From positions 6,726 to 70,725 of the forward strand of contig JABDAL010000003.1 in assembly GCA_013289165.1 (NCBI GenBank): DNA of 64,000 nucleotides, written 5' to 3'. Source of the DNA: Bacteroidota bacterium. GTDB lineage: Bacteria > Bacteroidota > Bacteroidia > JABEUT01. Shown one piece after another: positions 17,181-29,308 of the stretch; the stretch's first letter is position 1; each line of letters begins with the position of its first letter. A model generated the notes under the pieces. That model was given only the letters and a program-made list of their open reading frames with translations, did not search any database and was not told where the DNA came from. The translations under genes were made by a program, and so were the position numbers.

Positions 17181-18998
17181 TTACGTTTCTACTTCTGCAG
17201 TTTGTTTCTCGCGGCGTTTGCGTTCGTTCTCATCCAGGATAATCTTGCGCATACGTATGCTCTTAGGAGTTACTTCTACATATTCATCTTCCTGTATGTA
17301 TTCAAGGGCCTCTTCGAGCGAGAAAACAATCTTTGGAGCTAATGCAACGGCGGTGTCGCTGCCGCTGGCACGCATATTGGTAAGCTGTTTTGCTTTGCAA
17401 ATATTTATCACCAGGTCATCGGGACGAATGTGTTCGCCAATAATTTGCCCGGCATACATTTCTTCTCCGGGTTCTACAAAAAATCTTCCGCGGTCTTGTA
17501 ATTTATCAATAGAGTAAGCTGTACCTACGCCTCTTTCCATGGCAATAAGCACACCCGCAATACGTCCGGGGATATTGCCTTTATAGGGTTGGTATTTATC
17601 AAAACGGTGAGCTATTATAGCTTCTCCGGCGGTGGCGGTAAGCATTTGGTTACGCAAACCTATAATACCCCTGGATGGAATATTGAATTCCAAGTGTTGG
17701 TAATCGCCTTTCGGTTCCATTACGGTAAGCTCTCCCTTATGCTGGGTTACAATATGTATGGCTTTGCTCGATGCTTCTTCGGGGCAGTCAACAGTCAATA
17801 CCTCATAAGGTTCGCATTTCACGCCTTCAATTTCTTTTACAATAACTTTAGGCTGGCCTACTTGCAATTCATATCCTTCACGACGCATGGTCTCAATAAG
17901 GATAGATAAGTGCAATATACCACGTCCATATACGAGCAATGCATCCGGCGATGCGGTTTCTTCCACCCGTAGTGCAAGGTTCTTTTCCGTTTCGCGGAAC
18001 AAACGTTCGCGCACGTGGCGTGAGGTAACAAACTTACCTTCCTTACCAAAGAATGGTGAGTTGTTAATGGTGAAAAGCATATTCATGGTAGGCTCATCCA
18101 CATTAATAGTTGGAAGCCCTTCCGGGGTTTCAAAATCGGCAATAGTATCGCCAATGTCAAACTTTTCTATACCGAATACGGCGCAAATATCACCTGCTTT
18201 TACTTCGTCGGTGCGCTTGCGGCCCAGACCTTCAAAGGTGTAGAGTTCCTTCACTCTCGCTTTGTCAATCTTTCCGTCCCTGCGAACGATAGAGATAGGC
18301 TGGCCTTCTTTTATAACCCCCCTGTAAACCCTTCCCACTGCATTTTTGCCGGTATAAGAAGAATAATCGATAGAGGTGATTTGCATTTGCAGAGTTCCTT
18401 CGTGCTGAGGTGCAGGAGGGAAATATTCAATAATTTTATCGAGCAATGCACTGATATCGGTAGTAGGTTTCTTCCAGTCGTCAGACATCCATCCGTTTTT
18501 GGAAGAACCATATATAGTAGGGAAGCCCAATTGAGCTTCGGTAGCATCTAACTTACAGAAAAGGTCAAAAACCGCTTCGTTGGTTTCCTCGGGGGTACAG
18601 TTTGGTTTATCAACCTTATTTACTACTACAATAGCCTTTAAGCCCCTTTCCAATGCTTTGGTAAGCACGAAACGGGTTTGAGGCATAGGGCCTTCAAAAG
18701 CATCTACCAGCAGCAATACGCCGTCTGCCATGTTTAATACGCGTTCTACCTCTCCACCAAAATCTGAGTGGCCGGGAGTATCTATAATGTTGATTTTAAC
18801 GTCTTTATAGTTTACGGACGCATTTTTGGAGAAAATGGTGATACCACGTTCGCGCTCCAGGTCATTGCTGTCCATAATAAGTTCGCCTGATTCCTGGTTA
18901 TCACGAAATAGGCTGCATTGTTTTAATATCTTGTCAACCAGCGTTGTTTTACCGTGGTCAACGTGGGCAATAATGGCGATGTTACGAATAGAATTCAT
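17181..18998 (-). CDS. typA: translational GTPase TypA/BipA
   Basis: 605-aa ORF with GTPase motifs [14 protein letters not shown] and NKVD. The domain order is EF-G-like with a BipA-type C-terminus. Confidence 0.95.
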   Translation of the reverse strand: MNSIRNIAIIAHVDHGKTTLVDKILKQCSLFRDNQESGELIMDSNDLERERGITIFSKNASVNYKDVKINIIDTPGHSDFGGEVERVLNMADGVLLLVDAFEGPMPQTRFVLTKALERGLKAIVVVNKVDKPNCTPEETNEAVFDLFCKLDATEAQLGFPTIYGSSKNGWMSDDWKKPTTDISALLDKIIEYFPPAPQHEGTLQMQITSIDYSSYTGKNAVGRVYRGVIKEGQPISIVRRDGKIDKARVKELYTFEGLGRKRTDEVKAGDICAVFGIEKFDIGDTIADFETPEGLPTINVDEPTMNMLFTINNSPFFGKEGKFVTSRHVRERLFRETEKNLALRVEETASPDALLVYGRGILHLSILIETMRREGYELQVGQPKVIVKEIEGVKCEPYEVLTVDCPEEASSKAIHIVTQHKGELTVMEPKGDYQHLEFNIPSRGIIGLRNQMLTATAGEAIIAHRFDKYQPYKGNIPGRIAGVLIAMERGVGTAYSIDKLQDRGRFFVEPGEEMYAGQIIGEHIRPDDLVINICKAKQLTNMRASGSDTAVALAPKIVFSLEEALEYIQEDEYVEVTPKSIRMRKIILDENERKRREKQTAEVET

Positions 18999-19110
18999 TA
19001 TGGGTTTTTACAAAAAGTTTGCAAAGGTACGATAAATAAACGGGCTTTTATACCGAAGCGGGTTAATTAATGGTTAAGGGAGCCTGTTTTATAGGTATTT
19101 TCGTTTGCTT

Positions 19111-20178
19111 ATGAAAGCCCTTCTATCTGACATTCAAGCTATGCAAGTCCCAGGGAATAACCCTGTTTACCCAGAAGGGATATTTCCTTCCCAACGCCGG
19201 CATTCAGCAACCGGGACAAAACGGGAAGATGACAACTCCTTTTTTACGGCCCTGGTTGTTTTTACTTTAAACAGGCTTAAAAAATACTTTTCTACAGAGG
19301 AAATAAAAATAGTGGAAGATATCCGGCAAAAGGCGACCCATGCTTTTCAACGGTATGAAAATAAAAAGGGAGAGCATTCGTATAATTTTTGGAGAACAGA
19401 AAAAAATGCCCATTTCCCCAATGGAAAAATATTTTCCAAATTTGATTATTTCCGCCTTGCTGATGATGTGGATTGCACAGCCCTTGTTTATTTGGCACAA
19501 GGCTTTTCAGAAGAAGATATACTCCGTCTTAGGAATAAACTGATGTACCATGCCAATCTTCCATTAAAGGTTTCAAAGAATACCCTGCCCCGGTATAAAA
19601 ACTTCAAAGTGTACTCTACCTGGTTTGGCAAAAATATTCCCGTTGAAATGGATGTGTGTGTTACTGCCAATTTGTTGTATTTGCTTTTTGAAAGTAAAAC
19701 ACCGTTCAATAAAAATGACCTTGATTGTATCCGTTATGTTTGCTCGGTAATTACTAATGATGAACACAAAAGTGCTCCATTTCGCGTAGCTCCTTATTAT
19801 CCTAAAACTTCTATAATCTTATATCACATTTCCCGCTTACTTACTGTTGCCAAACATCCCGATTTACTCCAATTAAAAGAAAAATTAAAAAGGGATATTA
19901 TCCAGGAACTATCCGGCAGGTGCCATGCAATGGAAAGGGTTATACTCAATACCTCCCTTATGTGGCTGGGTGAAACAACCCATATTGAAGAGCTGCAAAT
20001 GCCTGCTGATATTTCGTTTCCCTGGTTCATTGCGGGTATGCTTACTTCAGTTGAAAATGGCTTTATCCGGATGTTCGCCCCTTTGCCTCTTTTTCATATC
20101 CAGTTTTATTGCGAAGCATATATGAAAACACTTTTCATAGAATATAGGGTGTTGAGAGATAATACAAGCCTTGTCTAA
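19111..20178 (+). CDS. hypothetical protein (orphan, possibly an alpha-helical toroid fold)
   Basis: The track ORF is 19105..20178 (TTG start), and an ATG lies at 19111. The ORF is a clean 355-357 aa with no signal peptide and predicted helix-rich sequence. It contains ADDVDCTALV. No family was recognised. Confidence 0.6.
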   Translation: MKALLSDIQAMQVPGNNPVYPEGIFPSQRRHSATGTKREDDNSFFTALVVFTLNRLKKYFSTEEIKIVEDIRQKATHAFQRYENKKGEHSYNFWRTEKNAHFPNGKIFSKFDYFRLADDVDCTALVYLAQGFSEEDILRLRNKLMYHANLPLKVSKNTLPRYKNFKVYSTWFGKNIPVEMDVCVTANLLYLLFESKTPFNKNDLDCIRYVCSVITNDEHKSAPFRVAPYYPKTSIILYHISRLLTVAKHPDLLQLKEKLKRDIIQELSGRCHAMERVILNTSLMWLGETTHIEELQMPADISFPWFIAGMLTSVENGFIRMFAPLPLFHIQFYCEAYMKTLFIEYRVLRDNTSLV

Positions 20179-20207
20179 ATAAGCGAGCCCCATATTTCTA
20201 AAATTTC

Positions 20208-20215
20208 TATCTTTG
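20208..20215 (+). promoter_or_regulatory. Bacteroidota -7 promoter box (TAnnTTTG)
   Basis: TATCTTTG lies immediately upstream of the TPP riboswitch. Confidence 0.5.
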
Positions 20216-20217
20216 CG

Positions 20218-20335
20218 GAAACATTAAGGGGTGTCCCCAAAACGGTGGACTGAGATTATACCCTCACAACCTGCCCAGGGTAATGCCTGCGAAGGGATAA
20301 ATGAGAGCAATTCCCGTCCGTCTTCTCCCTTAACG
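20218..20335 (+). promoter_or_regulatory. TPP (THI-box) riboswitch
   Basis: GGGGTGTCC..GGACTGAGATTATACCCTCACAACCTGCCCAGGGTAATGCCTGCGAAGGGA carries the conserved TPP-riboswitch core (CUGAGA, ACCUG, GGGUAAUGCC, GCG.AGGGA). It sits just upstream of thiS-thiC. The boundaries are approximate. Confidence 0.88.
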
Positions 20336-20381
20336 TTTTGCAGATAAATGTTACAGCTACTTGTATTGAGCATAGTGGAAT

Positions 20382-22466
<2,085 letters not shown>

Positions 22467-22467
<1 letters not shown>

Positions 22468-23249
22468 TGGCAGGGAAAACTCCATATAGCAGTGATAAAT
22501 TCCGGCCTGTTGTGCTCACCATTGCCGGCTATGACCCTTCGGGGGGGGCGGGTGTGCTGGCTGACATCAAGACTTTTGAAGCTATGGGAGTTTATGGTAT
22601 TGCGGTAATTACCTGCAATACTCATCAAAATGATATTTCATTTAAAAGCATTACCTGGTTAGATAAGGAAGAAAAAAAAGCAACGATAAAATTACTTGCC
22701 GCACGTTTCCCGGCTAAAACTGTGAAATTGGGAATACATAAGAACTTAAAAGATGTATGGCACAGCATAAAACTTTGCAAAGAATATTTTCCCGGAGCGC
22801 AACTTGTATGGGACCCTGTGTTGACTGCCAGTGCAGGTTTCGAGTTAGATTTTAAAGTGCAGAAGAAATCATTGGAGAAAATTCTTTCATCACTTTCTTT
22901 GGTAACACCTAATCAAATGGAAGTATGTAAGTTGGGAAATTCTAAGCACGCAGATAAGTCTGCTATGCGGTTGTCGGAGCATTGCCCTACATTACTGAAA
23001 GGCGGGCATTCTCCCGATAAAAAAACTTCTAAGGATTATTTATATGTAGACGGTGAAGTAAAGAAAATATATTCCTCCGAAAGAATAAACGGAAAGGGGA
23101 AGCACGGCAGTGGATGTGTACTATCGGCTGCTATTTCGGCTTCACTGGCGAAAGGAAATAAGCTGGAAAGTGCAATAGATAAGGGAAAACAATATGTCAC
23201 AAATTTTTTAAAAAGTAATAATACCCTGTTAGGGTATCACTTGAATTAA
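22467..23249 (+). CDS. thiD: hydroxymethylpyrimidine/phosphomethylpyrimidine kinase ThiD
   Basis: 260-aa ORF with TIAGYDPSGGAGVLADIKT and GKGKHGSGCVLSAAI motifs. Confidence 0.9.
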
Positions 23250-23250
23250 C

Positions 23251-23916
23251 ATGTTTTCGCGTTTGCAATATATTACCGATTCTCCCCGATTAGCAGAACA
23301 GGCTTGCAGGGCAGGAGTGAAGTGGGTACAGGTACGTGTGAAAAGTACAGATGAAAAAACTTGGGTAGAAATAGCCCATGATATTGCAAAAATTTGCAAA
23401 GCAAATAATGCCATTTGTATTGTAAATGATAATCCTGAAATTGCCTTACAAGTGAATGCTAACGGAGTACATCTTGGGAAAAAGGATATGTCCTTAGCTG
23501 ATGCGAAAAAAATCATAAAAACGTACAAATTAATTATTGGGGGTAGTGCCAATACTGCCGAAGATGTTATTTGGCTTGCTGAGCAAAAAGTAGATTACAT
23601 GGGCTTAGGCCCTTTACGGTTCACATCGACTAAAAAAGATTTGAATCCTGTTTTGGGGATAGAAGGATATACAAAAATTATGGAGGAAGTTAGACAATTG
23701 CCTATCGCCATTCCGCCCATTTATGCTATTGGAGGCATTGTTGCCGGCGATATACAGGGATTTTTATCAATGGGAATTTATGGTGTGGCTGTTTCATCTG
23801 CCATCAGTAATGCAAAAAATATAAATCTCGTTGTGCAGGAATTTATGACAGGTATCGAGGGCGGCCTAAATGCTGTATTGAACGAAAAAGAATTGAACCA
23901 TGAAATCAGAAGATAA
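23251..23916 (+). CDS. thiE: thiamine-phosphate synthase ThiE
   Basis: 221-aa ORF with a TMP-synthase pattern ([26 protein letters not shown]). Confidence 0.88.
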   Translation: MFSRLQYITDSPRLAEQACRAGVKWVQVRVKSTDEKTWVEIAHDIAKICKANNAICIVNDNPEIALQVNANGVHLGKKDMSLADAKKIIKTYKLIIGGSANTAEDVIWLAEQKVDYMGLGPLRFTSTKKDLNPVLGIEGYTKIMEEVRQLPIAIPPIYAIGGIVAGDIQGFLSMGIYGVAVSSAISNAKNINLVVQEFMTGIEGGLNAVLNEKELNHEIRR

Positions 23917-24679
23917 ATTAAAAATAGGTGATAAAATATTTACCTCGAGGCTTTTTACGGGCACGGGTAAGTTTGGCTCTCTTCAACAAATGAAAGATGC
24001 TTTATTGGCATCGGGTTCTGAGTTGGTAACGGTGGCCCTAAAGCGGGTAGACATTAAAAAGCAGGATGAAAATATTTTGGATTTTTTAAATCATTCCCAA
24101 TTCAATCTTTTGCCCAATACATCGGGTGTAAGAGATGCCAAAGAAGCCATATTTGCAGCCAATGTAGCCCGGGAAGCTTTAGGCACAAACTGGTTGAAAC
24201 TGGAAATACATCCCGATCCGCGCTACCTTATGCCCGACCCGGTGGAAACATTGGTAGCTGCAACGGAACTGGTGAAGCAGGGATTTATAGTGTTGCCCTA
24301 CGTTCATGCAGACCCTGTATTATGCAAGAGATTGGAGGATGTAGGTGTGGCTGCGGTTATGCCACTCGGCTCCCCGATAGGCAGCAATAAGGGATTAAAG
24401 ACACTTGACTTTTTGGAAATAATAATAGAGCAAAGCAGTGTGCCGGTAGTGATAGATGCCGGAATAGGCATGCCCTCACACGCTGCACAGGCTATGGAAA
24501 TAGGTGCTGATGCGGTTTTAGTAAATACAGCAATTGCTACTGCCGGCAATCCGGTTACTATGGCGGTGGCTTTCAGGCAGGCAATTGAAGCGGGACGTAA
24601 GGCATTTTTGGCGGGTATGCCGCAAACACGTGTTCATGCGGAAGCAAGCAGCCCGCTTACCGCTTTTTTAAATGTATAA
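23900..24679 (+). CDS. thiG: thiazole synthase ThiG
   Basis: 259-aa ORF with [13 protein letters not shown] and [14 protein letters not shown] motifs. Confidence 0.92.
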   Translation: MKSEDKLKIGDKIFTSRLFTGTGKFGSLQQMKDALLASGSELVTVALKRVDIKKQDENILDFLNHSQFNLLPNTSGVRDAKEAIFAANVAREALGTNWLKLEIHPDPRYLMPDPVETLVAATELVKQGFIVLPYVHADPVLCKRLEDVGVAAVMPLGSPIGSNKGLKTLDFLEIIIEQSSVPVVIDAGIGMPSHAAQAMEIGADAVLVNTAIATAGNPVTMAVAFRQAIEAGRKAFLAGMPQTRVHAEASSPLTAFLNV

Positions 24680-24681
24680 AT

Positions 24682-25794
24682 ATGTTCAGCGAAGAGATTA
24701 AAAAATATTCATGGAACGAAGTACACGATGCCATTTATGCTAAAACCAGGCACGATGCAGAGGCTACTTTAAGCAAAATAAAATATACTACCGATGACTG
24801 GATGACATTGCTGTCTCCCGCCGCAGAGGCTTATTTGGAAGAACTTGCAGCCAGGAGTAGAAATATGACCATACAACGCTTTGGTAAAACCATACAGCTA
24901 TTTGCTCCTATCTATCTTTCCAACGAATGCCAGAATATTTGCACTTATTGTGGCTTTAGTTTTGGGAATAAAATTCCCCGTAAAACACTTACAGAAGTTG
25001 AAATAAAAACGGAGTTTGAATTTTTAAGGAAAGAACATTTTGAACATGTGTTGCTGGTTACAGGAGAAGATGCAGTGCATGCCAACCCCGTATATATTAA
25101 TCATTCTATTGCTTTAGCAAGAAATTATTTCTCGGATGTTGCAATTGAAGTGCAGCCATTGGGTGAGGCAGAATACAGCATGTTTAAAGATTCAGGCTGC
25201 GATGCTGTGCTGGTATACCAGGAAACGTATAATCCTGAGAATTATAAGATATATCACCTGAAAGGGAAAAAATTAAATTATAATTATCGCCTTGATACGC
25301 CTGACCGGATTGGTAAAGCTGGAATCAATAAAATAGGGCTTGGCGTTTTATTGGGGCTCAGTGATTGGAGAACAGATGCATTTTTTCTCGCTTTGCATTT
25401 AAATTATTTGCGAAAAACATATTGGAAAACCCGTTATAGCATTTCATTTCCAAGACTGCGCCCGGCAGAGGGACTGACTAAAGTGGAGCATCCTGTAAGT
25501 GATAAAGAATTTGTACAACTCATGTGTGCGCTTCGCATTATTGATAATGAAGTGGAAATGTCGCTCTCCACACGGGAACCGGAATACATGCGGAATCATT
25601 TGATAAATATGGGCGTTACTTCCATGAGTGCAGGCTCTAAAACCAACCCCGGGGGATATGCTACTTCATCGGAAACGTTGAAACAATTTGAAATAAGTGA
25701 TTCCCGGACACCCGAACAAATTTTAGAATTGATAGAAGAACAGGGTTATGAACCTGTTTGGAAAAATTGGGATAAGGCACTTACTGCCCATTAA
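24682..25794 (+). CDS. thiH: 2-iminoacetate synthase ThiH (radical SAM)
   Basis: 370-aa ORF with the radical-SAM cluster motif CQNICTYCGF, in thi operon context. Confidence 0.9.
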   Translation: MFSEEIKKYSWNEVHDAIYAKTRHDAEATLSKIKYTTDDWMTLLSPAAEAYLEELAARSRNMTIQRFGKTIQLFAPIYLSNECQNICTYCGFSFGNKIPRKTLTEVEIKTEFEFLRKEHFEHVLLVTGEDAVHANPVYINHSIALARNYFSDVAIEVQPLGEAEYSMFKDSGCDAVLVYQETYNPENYKIYHLKGKKLNYNYRLDTPDRIGKAGINKIGLGVLLGLSDWRTDAFFLALHLNYLRKTYWKTRYSISFPRLRPAEGLTKVEHPVSDKEFVQLMCALRIIDNEVEMSLSTREPEYMRNHLINMGVTSMSAGSKTNPGGYATSSETLKQFEISDSRTPEQILELIEEQGYEPVWKNWDKALTAH

Positions 25795-25795
25795 T

Positions 25796-26818
25796 ATGAA
25801 CGAGCAAGAGAAAGAAAGATACAACAGGCAGATAATTCTTTCTCCCTGGGGATTACAACCACAGGAGAAAGTGAAAGCCAGTCGTGTGCTTGTTATTGGA
25901 GCTGGCGGCTTGGGTTGCCCTGTTATTTCTTATTTGGCTGCCGCAGGTGTGGGAACAATTGCCATACTAGATTTTGATGTGGTTGATATAAGTAACCTGC
26001 AAAGGCAGGTTATATATGATATGAGTGACGTTGGAAAAAATAAAGCCCTTGCCGCATCAAAAAAAATGCAGGCATTTAATCCGCTTATAAATGTAATTGC
26101 TATTGAAAAGACACTTGATGAGACAAATGCACTCGAATTAATTAGCGGGTACGATGTGATAGTTGATGCAACCGATAATTTTGAAACACGCTACCTTATT
26201 AATGATGCTTGTGTAATACTTGGCAAACCATTTGTATTTGCATCTATACTTGGTTTTGAGGGACAGGTTTCTGTATTTAATTATAAAGATGGCCCTACCT
26301 ATCGTTGCCTTTATCCCGAGCCTTCCGAAAATGCTCCAAACTGCAATGAGAATGGCGTGCTGGGAACATTAGCGGGAACAATAGGTAGTATACAAGCTAA
26401 TGAAGTTCTTAAAATTATTTCGGGGGTTGGAGAAACATTATCGGGCAAGTTATTGGTAGTAGATTTACTACGCAATAGTTATACTACAGTTAACATCACT
26501 CCGATAGAAGAGAATAAGAAAATAAGCTCCCTGGGCGAGTACAATAGTTTTTGCGATGCAATCACTTTTCTTTCCAGGAAAAACTTTGCTGAAAAGTTTT
26601 CTGTAGTTCCGCACCTGTCTATTGATGTGAGCGATGAATATGAGTTTATACCGATTGAAAGCGCTGCAAAAAATATTCCGCTATATGAAATAGAGGAGCA
26701 GAGTTTTGAAGGTGTAAATGTACCTGTTGTATTGTACTGTAAAAGTGGGTTGCGCAGCAGGCAGGCAGCCCTTCTTCTATCTAAAAAGGGAGTACGGAAT
26801 ATTGTTTGTTTAACTTAA
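25796..26818 (+). CDS. thiF: ThiF/MoeB-type E1-like adenylyltransferase with a C-terminal rhodanese-like domain
   Basis: Motifs are RYNRQI, the GAGGLGCP Rossmann loop, and a C-terminal VLYCKSGLRSRQAA (rhodanese-type Cys loop). The track ORF starts at 25748 inside thiH. I prefer the ATG at 25796, 1 nt after the thiH stop. Confidence 0.8.
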   Translation: MNEQEKERYNRQIILSPWGLQPQEKVKASRVLVIGAGGLGCPVISYLAAAGVGTIAILDFDVVDISNLQRQVIYDMSDVGKNKALAASKKMQAFNPLINVIAIEKTLDETNALELISGYDVIVDATDNFETRYLINDACVILGKPFVFASILGFEGQVSVFNYKDGPTYRCLYPEPSENAPNCNENGVLGTLAGTIGSIQANEVLKIISGVGETLSGKLLVVDLLRNSYTTVNITPIEENKKISSLGEYNSFCDAITFLSRKNFAEKFSVVPHLSIDVSDEYEFIPIESAAKNIPLYEIEEQSFEGVNVPVVLYCKSGLRSRQAALLLSKKGVRNIVCLT

Positions 26819-27432
26819 TGTTCCCTCTCCAATGTTTTTTGCAGTTTTTTAAACTGTTCTACAGGGTTGGTGCTTTTCCAAATATATCCAATGCAGGCAG
26901 CACCGCCAAACCCCATATTTTTTGCCTGTAAAATAGTTGTGGAATTTATGCCACCCAATGCAATAACAGGAAACCAAATTTGCTTTTCACTTGATTTTAA
27001 TAACTCCGGCAGCGATTCTATTTTTATAGAAGACTTGTATCCCGGTTTAGAAATGCTCGGAAAAATAGGGCTCAAAAAAGCATATTCAAAGTCTGTTTTT
27101 TCAGCCAATATATCTTCTTTGTTATGAAAGGAAGTCGAAATAATATGGTTGATAGAAACCGTGCTGCCTTCTCTCCTTATTTTTTCCGGCAGGTGGGCAC
27201 CTTTCAGATGGAACTCATGTAACAGTTTAAAATGGCTGTGAAGAACAATTTTTGGATAAAAAGCAGGGGAAATAGATTCCAAGAGATTCCGCGTTTCTTC
27301 TATGGCGTACTCCGGTTTACGAATGTGCAACAATTCAAGCCCTTCCGTAAATAACCGATTGATAAATCCGGCCTCCCCCGGAATACTATTTTCAGGGGTA
27401 ATGATTATCAATTTGAATTTTTCTGGTATCAT
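26815..27432 (-). CDS. second thiamine-phosphate synthase-family protein (ThiE/TenI-like paralog)
   Basis: 205-aa ORF with a TMP-TENI-like pattern (LHIRKP, GAHL, ISTSFH, IALGGI). It is convergent with thiF and overlaps it by 4 nt. Confidence 0.7.
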   Translation of the reverse strand: MIPEKFKLIIITPENSIPGEAGFINRLFTEGLELLHIRKPEYAIEETRNLLESISPAFYPKIVLHSHFKLLHEFHLKGAHLPEKIRREGSTVSINHIISTSFHNKEDILAEKTDFEYAFLSPIFPSISKPGYKSSIKIESLPELLKSSEKQIWFPVIALGGINSTTILQAKNMGFGGAACIGYIWKSTNPVEQFKKLQKTLEREH

Positions 27433-27523
27433 ATTAACTAAAGGTACATAAAATGGCTATCTATAAGGTTTGCAAATGTGAAAAACATTTAGCAATCCAC
27501 ATCACTTGAGATAGACTTTTTTA

Positions 27524-27531
27524 TACATTTG
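27524..27531 (+). promoter_or_regulatory. Bacteroidota -7 promoter box (TAnnTTTG)
   Basis: TACATTTG lies 25 nt upstream of the ATG at 27556. It overlaps the track's extended start at 27529. Confidence 0.45.
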
Positions 27532-27555
27532 CAGCCCGTTAATTCAAGGTACATA

Positions 27556-28347
27556 ATGGATACCCTACAAGCAGTTATTTTAGGAATAGTAGAAGGCATA
27601 ACAGAGTTTCTTCCTATTTCGTCTACAGGCCACCTGATGGTTGCCAGTTCACTATTAGGTATTGGTGAAGATTCGTTTACCAAAGCATTTGAGGTTGCTA
27701 TACAACTAGGAGCTATTCTTGCCGTGGTAGTATTATATTGGAAACGGTTTTTTAAAAGCTTCGATTTCTACTATAAGCTTTTTATTGGATTTCTCCCGGC
27801 AGGCATACTCGGCTTCATTTTTATTAAAAAAATTGATGAAATGCTTGGAAATGTTGAGGTTGTAGTGTGGTCGTTTTTTATAGGCGGAATCATATTATTG
27901 TTTATAGATGGAGTATTTATGGACTCGGAAGACGAACCGCCCAAGAAGATTGGATTCAAGAACGCTTTTATTATTGGCTTGTTCCAGGCCGTTTCAATGA
28001 TACCGGGTGTTTCACGTTCAGCAGCTACCATAATAGGAGGGCTTTCGCAAAAACTTAACCGGAAAGCCGCAGTTGAGTTTTCATTCTTTCTTGCCGTACC
28101 CACCATGTTTGTAGCTACTATATTTAAACTTTTTCAATTTTATAAGCAAGGTGATGGGTTCCAGGGGCAGGAAATCGGGTTGCTGGTTCTTGGAAATATA
28201 ATTGCGTTTGGTGTTGCAATGCTTGCTATAAAGTTCTTTATCAGTTATTTGCAAAAACACGGATTTAGAATATTTGGTATTTACCGTATCCTCGCTGCCA
28301 TAGGTATTTACCTGTTGCATAAAAACGGGGTACACTTTGTACTCTAA
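27556..28347 (+). CDS. uppP: undecaprenyl-diphosphate phosphatase
   Basis: BacA/UppP signatures (EGITEFLPISSTGH, PGVSRSAATI) and multiple TM helices. The start is taken at the ATG at 27556 rather than the track start at 27529. Confidence 0.9.
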   Translation: MDTLQAVILGIVEGITEFLPISSTGHLMVASSLLGIGEDSFTKAFEVAIQLGAILAVVVLYWKRFFKSFDFYYKLFIGFLPAGILGFIFIKKIDEMLGNVEVVVWSFFIGGIILLFIDGVFMDSEDEPPKKIGFKNAFIIGLFQAVSMIPGVSRSAATIIGGLSQKLNRKAAVEFSFFLAVPTMFVATIFKLFQFYKQGDGFQGQEIGLLVLGNIIAFGVAMLAIKFFISYLQKHGFRIFGIYRILAAIGIYLLHKNGVHFVL

Positions 28348-28382
28348 GAGCACTTTGTGCATACTATATATCCTTAAAATCT

Positions 28383-28390
28383 TATATTTG
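28383..28390 (+). promoter_or_regulatory. Bacteroidota -7 promoter box (TAnnTTTG)
   Basis: TATATTTG lies 28 nt upstream of the ATG at 28418. Confidence 0.45.
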
Positions 28391-28417
28391 CGAAAATACA
28401 CCGTATAAATCCAAAAA

Positions 28418-29167
28418 ATGAAACGATTAGGATTGGTAATTTTATTCGTATTCCCCGTTTTATCATATACATCAGCTCAAACATTTCAGGCAGGGTTTTA
28501 TGCAGGTGCCGTTGCTTCCGATATACCCGGTACTGACAATATTGACAATGATGTTGATTATGAGCATTTGGGGTTTACAGTGGCGGGTACAGTGAGCACG
28601 CGGATAAGTCCTAAAACAAGGCTTCAGATGGAAATCCGTTTTTCCCAACGTGGGGCCCAGCAAAAACCTGCTATAGATACTACCTACCTGCCCAATGGCA
28701 ACATAGGCAGCATAGGTTACAATAATTACTTTAACCTAACCCTGAATTATATTGATGTAGTAATAGGTGTGAAACATGCGATACATTTTAACTTGCGTAA
28801 TGCGGCTACGGACAGGTATGGAATTGAAGCCGGGATAGGAATAGGTAGCCTTGTGGGTTATTCTTATGAAGTACAAAGTGTTAGTTATAATGTTAATTTA
28901 AATTCATTCGATCTTAGCCCCTATGTGGGATTCTATTATAATGTTACTCCACATTTTTATCTGGAGGCCAGGTATAGTAATTCTATTACTTCTGTAATAA
29001 AGCATGACAATTCTAACCCGGGTGATTTTTACAGCATTTATTATAGTACCTGGGATGCCGGTCACAATGTTGCTTTTAACTTAACATTTGGATTTATATT
29101 TGGTGGTTCTGCCAACCAGCCGGGAGGCGGCTCGGCTCCTGCCCCTTCCCAATCAGACAATAATTGA
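28418..29167 (+). CDS. small outer-membrane beta-barrel (porin-family-like) protein
   Basis: 249-aa ORF with a signal peptide (..SYTSAQT), an alternating beta-strand pattern and a Gly/Pro/Ser-rich tail (GGSANQPGGGSAPAPSQSDNN). Confidence 0.65.
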   Translation: MKRLGLVILFVFPVLSYTSAQTFQAGFYAGAVASDIPGTDNIDNDVDYEHLGFTVAGTVSTRISPKTRLQMEIRFSQRGAQQKPAIDTTYLPNGNIGSIGYNNYFNLTLNYIDVVIGVKHAIHFNLRNAATDRYGIEAGIGIGSLVGYSYEVQSVSYNVNLNSFDLSPYVGFYYNVTPHFYLEARYSNSITSVIKHDNSNPGDFYSIYYSTWDAGHNVAFNLTFGFIFGGSANQPGGGSAPAPSQSDNN

Positions 29168-29271
29168 TTCGATATGGGATTTGACGGGCAGAAATCTTCC
29201 CTTCTGTGTATAATTTCGAGCATAATTTTATAAATTTTCTTTTAAACTATAACAGAGGCGTATAAGTCATA

Positions 29272-29279
29272 TACTTTTG
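29272..29279 (+). promoter_or_regulatory. Bacteroidota -7 promoter box (TAnnTTTG)
   Basis: TACTTTTG overlaps the track's GTG start at 29279, which favours the ATG at 29309. Confidence 0.4.
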
Positions 29280-29308
29280 TGTTTGAATTAACCTATAAAA
29301 CTAAAAGG

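Noticed and set aside
22541-22548. G8 homopolymer inside thiD, considered as a possible slipped-strand phase-variation tract.
   Set aside because: It encodes the conserved ThiD motif DPSGGAG, the frame is intact, and thiD is a housekeeping gene inside a riboswitch-controlled operon. There is no reason to invoke phase variation.
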